From assembly GCF_002571385.2 (NCBI RefSeq), contig NW_019217897.1, positions 80,847 to 144,846 on the forward strand: DNA of 64,000 nt. The letters run 5' to 3'. Below are positions 61,901 through 64,000 of this stretch, in pieces. Position 1 is the first letter of the stretch. Each line of letters opens with the position of its first letter. The position numbers and the translations under genes were made by a program. The stretch is from Stylophora pistillata. Its lineage: Eukaryota. A model generated the notes under the pieces. It saw only the letters and a list, made by a program, of their open reading frames with translations. It was not told the DNA's origin and ran no database searches.

Positions 61901-63981
61901 TACTAATTTGAATATATCAACAAAGTTGAAATGGTAAATTGGCCACCGTTACGATCATAAAAGCTGACATTTTGAGCGTTAGCCCTTCGTCGGAGTGATA
62001 TTACATACTGTCTTCGACTTCCATTTATTTTATTAATTATTTTGTTACACAGATTAGCAAATAATTGAAATTACAAGAATGTATTTAATGATTATTATGT
62101 TTGTAAAGTTAAACAGGATTAACAGTGGTTGACTCATTTTTATCATGTATTCCTATAGGGCTGCTCTTACATCAGCAAGAACAACAGCTAATGGCATTTA
62201 CTGCCCTCCCAAACTACAGGCATCACTGGACCTGCAATCGGGTACTTAGTACATTCTCATTTTACCTACTCCCACCAGTGTCCAGATTAAATTTTTATTA
62301 TAAATATATTCAGCATTAGTTGAACTGCCCTTTTAACATGTTTCTTTTTGTCCCAGGTATTTTACATGCCGAAGAGAAGGACTTTAAGACTGCATACTCT
62401 TATTTTTACGAAGCATTTGAGGTATGGTAACGTATGTGACATATGCATGACTTTTGATGGAAAGCTGGGAAGAATATAAAAGTATAATTTAGTAAAGTGA
62501 ATGAACAAAGATAACTTTAATTACCACCACTTTGACAAATCCATTTTTTCATCTTTCCATGTAAACTTTGTTTTGAACTATTTTCAAGAGAGACTATCTT
62601 CAATTATATCAGACAGTTGATTGCTCCTCTCTTACAATAGTGTCAACTGTAGTCTTGTTAATATTTGGTATAACATTGATCTCTTCTACATCTCATATCA
62701 AGCCCCAAGTCAATAACACATCAATCATTCAATTGTTTTTCCTTGGTTAGTGGTTTTCATATTAAAAAAGACCTTATAGACATGAAATCTTGAGTTTTAA
62801 AACTCTGGAAAGGTACAATGTACATGTATTAGGGAATTATTAGTTGATCCAATACCAAATTCTTAGAACTAATTTTCTAGGAATTGTAAATGAGGTAGCA
62901 AGGAGAATTACTAAGGATATCATTGGAGTGAAGGGGTTAAGAAAGTGACTCTTAGTTACAGTTGTGTTTAATCATCAGCATAGACTCATTCAAAACTTGC
63001 CACTTCAATTTCTTGGTGTAAAATCAGTGTAAGAAGTTGAAGTCAAGCACTTTCAGAATGTATGATGATTTGTGGTTTGTCCCTGAATAACAAAGTTTGC
63101 TTTTAAAACTGATGCTTGCTTTGATCCTAATTCTGTGCTATGGGTGGCTTTATTATAACCTAATAATTGACATCTTTGCAGCCAAGATATGTAAATTTTT
63201 GCAAACATTGCTAGGTTATTGTATAACTAATACTTGTTGTTAATGATGATTCGTGTTCTCATGTTTATTTTAGGGTTTTGACTCTATTGACAACCCGAAA
63301 GCAGTATCAGCACTAAAATACATGCTTCTGTGCAAGATTATGCTAAACAGGTTGGTTTTACAACTGGGAACTTAAAGCAAATGCATGTTTTTGTATTAAC
63401 CTGGGTCAAAGTACAGGAAAAATATATTTGACCCAATTGCATTTGCTATCAATTCTGCATGGTTGAGTTAAGTAGATATGGCAGACTGCCCTAACCTTTC
63501 GCATATAGTGTAGCGTGATAACGAAAAATCAAGGATTCAGTTGCAATCCTCAATAAGAGATGGCTCAATTTTCCTTTGTTGATAGAAAGTCAGCCAGCAA
63601 CTGTCATCTGACCAATGGCTTTATTTAACTGTCAGTGGGGAGGATTCCCCCTCCCCCCCCCCCCACCCTTATTATTTGTCATAAATTTTTCTCTCAATGA
63701 TATTGCCTGGATAAAAAAAAAAGGATCAGTCCCTTTCTTTAAAGAGGTTGTGTCAGGAGAATGAATGTGTTGTGTCAGGAGAATGAATGTGTTGTGTCAG
63801 GAGAATGAGCATATACATATTGAAGATCTTTGGAGTTGATTCATGAGTGAGCTACATGTTAAGAGTGTTTCATATTATGTGAAAGTGGTGCCAGACATTG
63901 TTTTTCCTTTTTTATTTTAGCCCAGATGATGTTCAATCAATAATCAGTGGTAAACTAGCTCTGAGATATTCTGGATCACAG
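58894..63981 (+). CDS. PSMD11: 26S proteasome non-ATPase regulatory subunit 11 (Rpn6), first 10 exons; continues past window
   Basis: Spliced peptide [36 protein letters not shown]...[18 protein letters not shown]...[21 protein letters not shown]...[75 protein letters not shown] matches Rpn6/PSMD11. Confidence 0.97.
59104..59205 (+). CDS. PSMD11: PSMD11 exon 2
   Basis: [20 protein letters not shown]; AG/GT bounded. Confidence 0.92.
59592..59716 (+). CDS. PSMD11: PSMD11 exon 3
   Basis: [23 protein letters not shown]. Confidence 0.95.
60158..60229 (+). CDS. PSMD11: PSMD11 exon 4
   Basis: [24 protein letters not shown]. Confidence 0.95.
60614..60671 (+). CDS. PSMD11: PSMD11 exon 5
   Basis: [19 protein letters not shown]. 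Confidence 0.93.
61335..61506. mobile_element. GC-rich MITE in PSMD11 intron 5
   Basis: TIR TGCTTTCAATAAGA / TCTTATTGAAAGCA plus inner inverted CACCCGCCGGAG / CTCCGGCGGGTG. Confidence 0.65.
61526..61637 (+). CDS. PSMD11: PSMD11 exon 6
   Basis: [36 protein letters not shown]. Confidence 0.95.
61905..61998 (-). mobile_element. Penelope-like insertion (family A), single arm, in PSMD11 intron 6
   Basis: TSD TATTATATACT / TATTACATACT 61894-61904 and 61999-62009. Confidence 0.75.
62159..62241 (+). CDS. PSMD11: PSMD11 exon 7
   Basis: [27 protein letters not shown]. Confidence 0.95.
62357..62421 (+). CDS. PSMD11: PSMD11 exon 8
   Basis: [21 protein letters not shown]. Confidence 0.95.
63274..63350 (+). 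CDS. PSMD11: PSMD11 exon 9
   Basis: [25 protein letters not shown]. Confidence 0.95.
63747..63808. repeat. 22-bp tandem repeat, about 3 copies
   Basis: GTTGTGTCAGGAGAATGAATGT x3. Confidence 0.85.
63921..63981 (+). CDS. PSMD11: PSMD11 exon 10
   Basis: [20 protein letters not shown]. Confidence 0.94.
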
Positions 63982-64000
63982 GTTTGTAACGATGCCCAAT

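Noticed and set aside
63061-63112. C/D box snoRNA in PSMD11 intron 8 (ATGATGA...CTGA)
   Set aside because: Only about 50 nt, no convincing terminal stem or recognisable rRNA guide; a snoscan or Infernal hit would be needed.

Overview
Eukaryotic (animal) genomic DNA with GT-AG spliced genes and several N-gaps. The repeat repertoire suggests a cnidarian, probably a stony coral (inference). Most of the window is one giant minus-strand gene, CDS 58605 to 5527. I traced 41 coding exons with consistent splice phases, giving about 5,600 aa. It encodes a pericentrin/AKAP9-family centrosomal coiled-coil scaffold with the N-terminal ERQKKLEAGK motif, conserved mid-protein blocks and a C-terminal PACT domain. 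It is head-to-head (288 bp between ATGs) with PSMD11/Rpn6 on the + strand (10 exons visible, gene runs off the right edge). An isolated exon of an unidentified minus-strand gene lies near 1.6-1.8 kb. Introns carry tRNA-derived SINEs, TTAA-type and other MITEs, and at least six short Penelope-like insertions with 11-14 bp target-site duplications and minimal hammerhead-ribozyme motifs, three of them inverted arm pairs. Best leads: (1) the hammerhead/Penelope-like elements; (2) a candidate internal promoter and first exon in the 7.3-kb intron, which could give an N-truncated isoform or a 37-aa single-pass micropeptide; (3) an in-frame intragenic duplication signature (17996-22772) that may be real or a haplotype/assembly artefact. 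Family assignments rest on recalled sequence similarity; no search was run.
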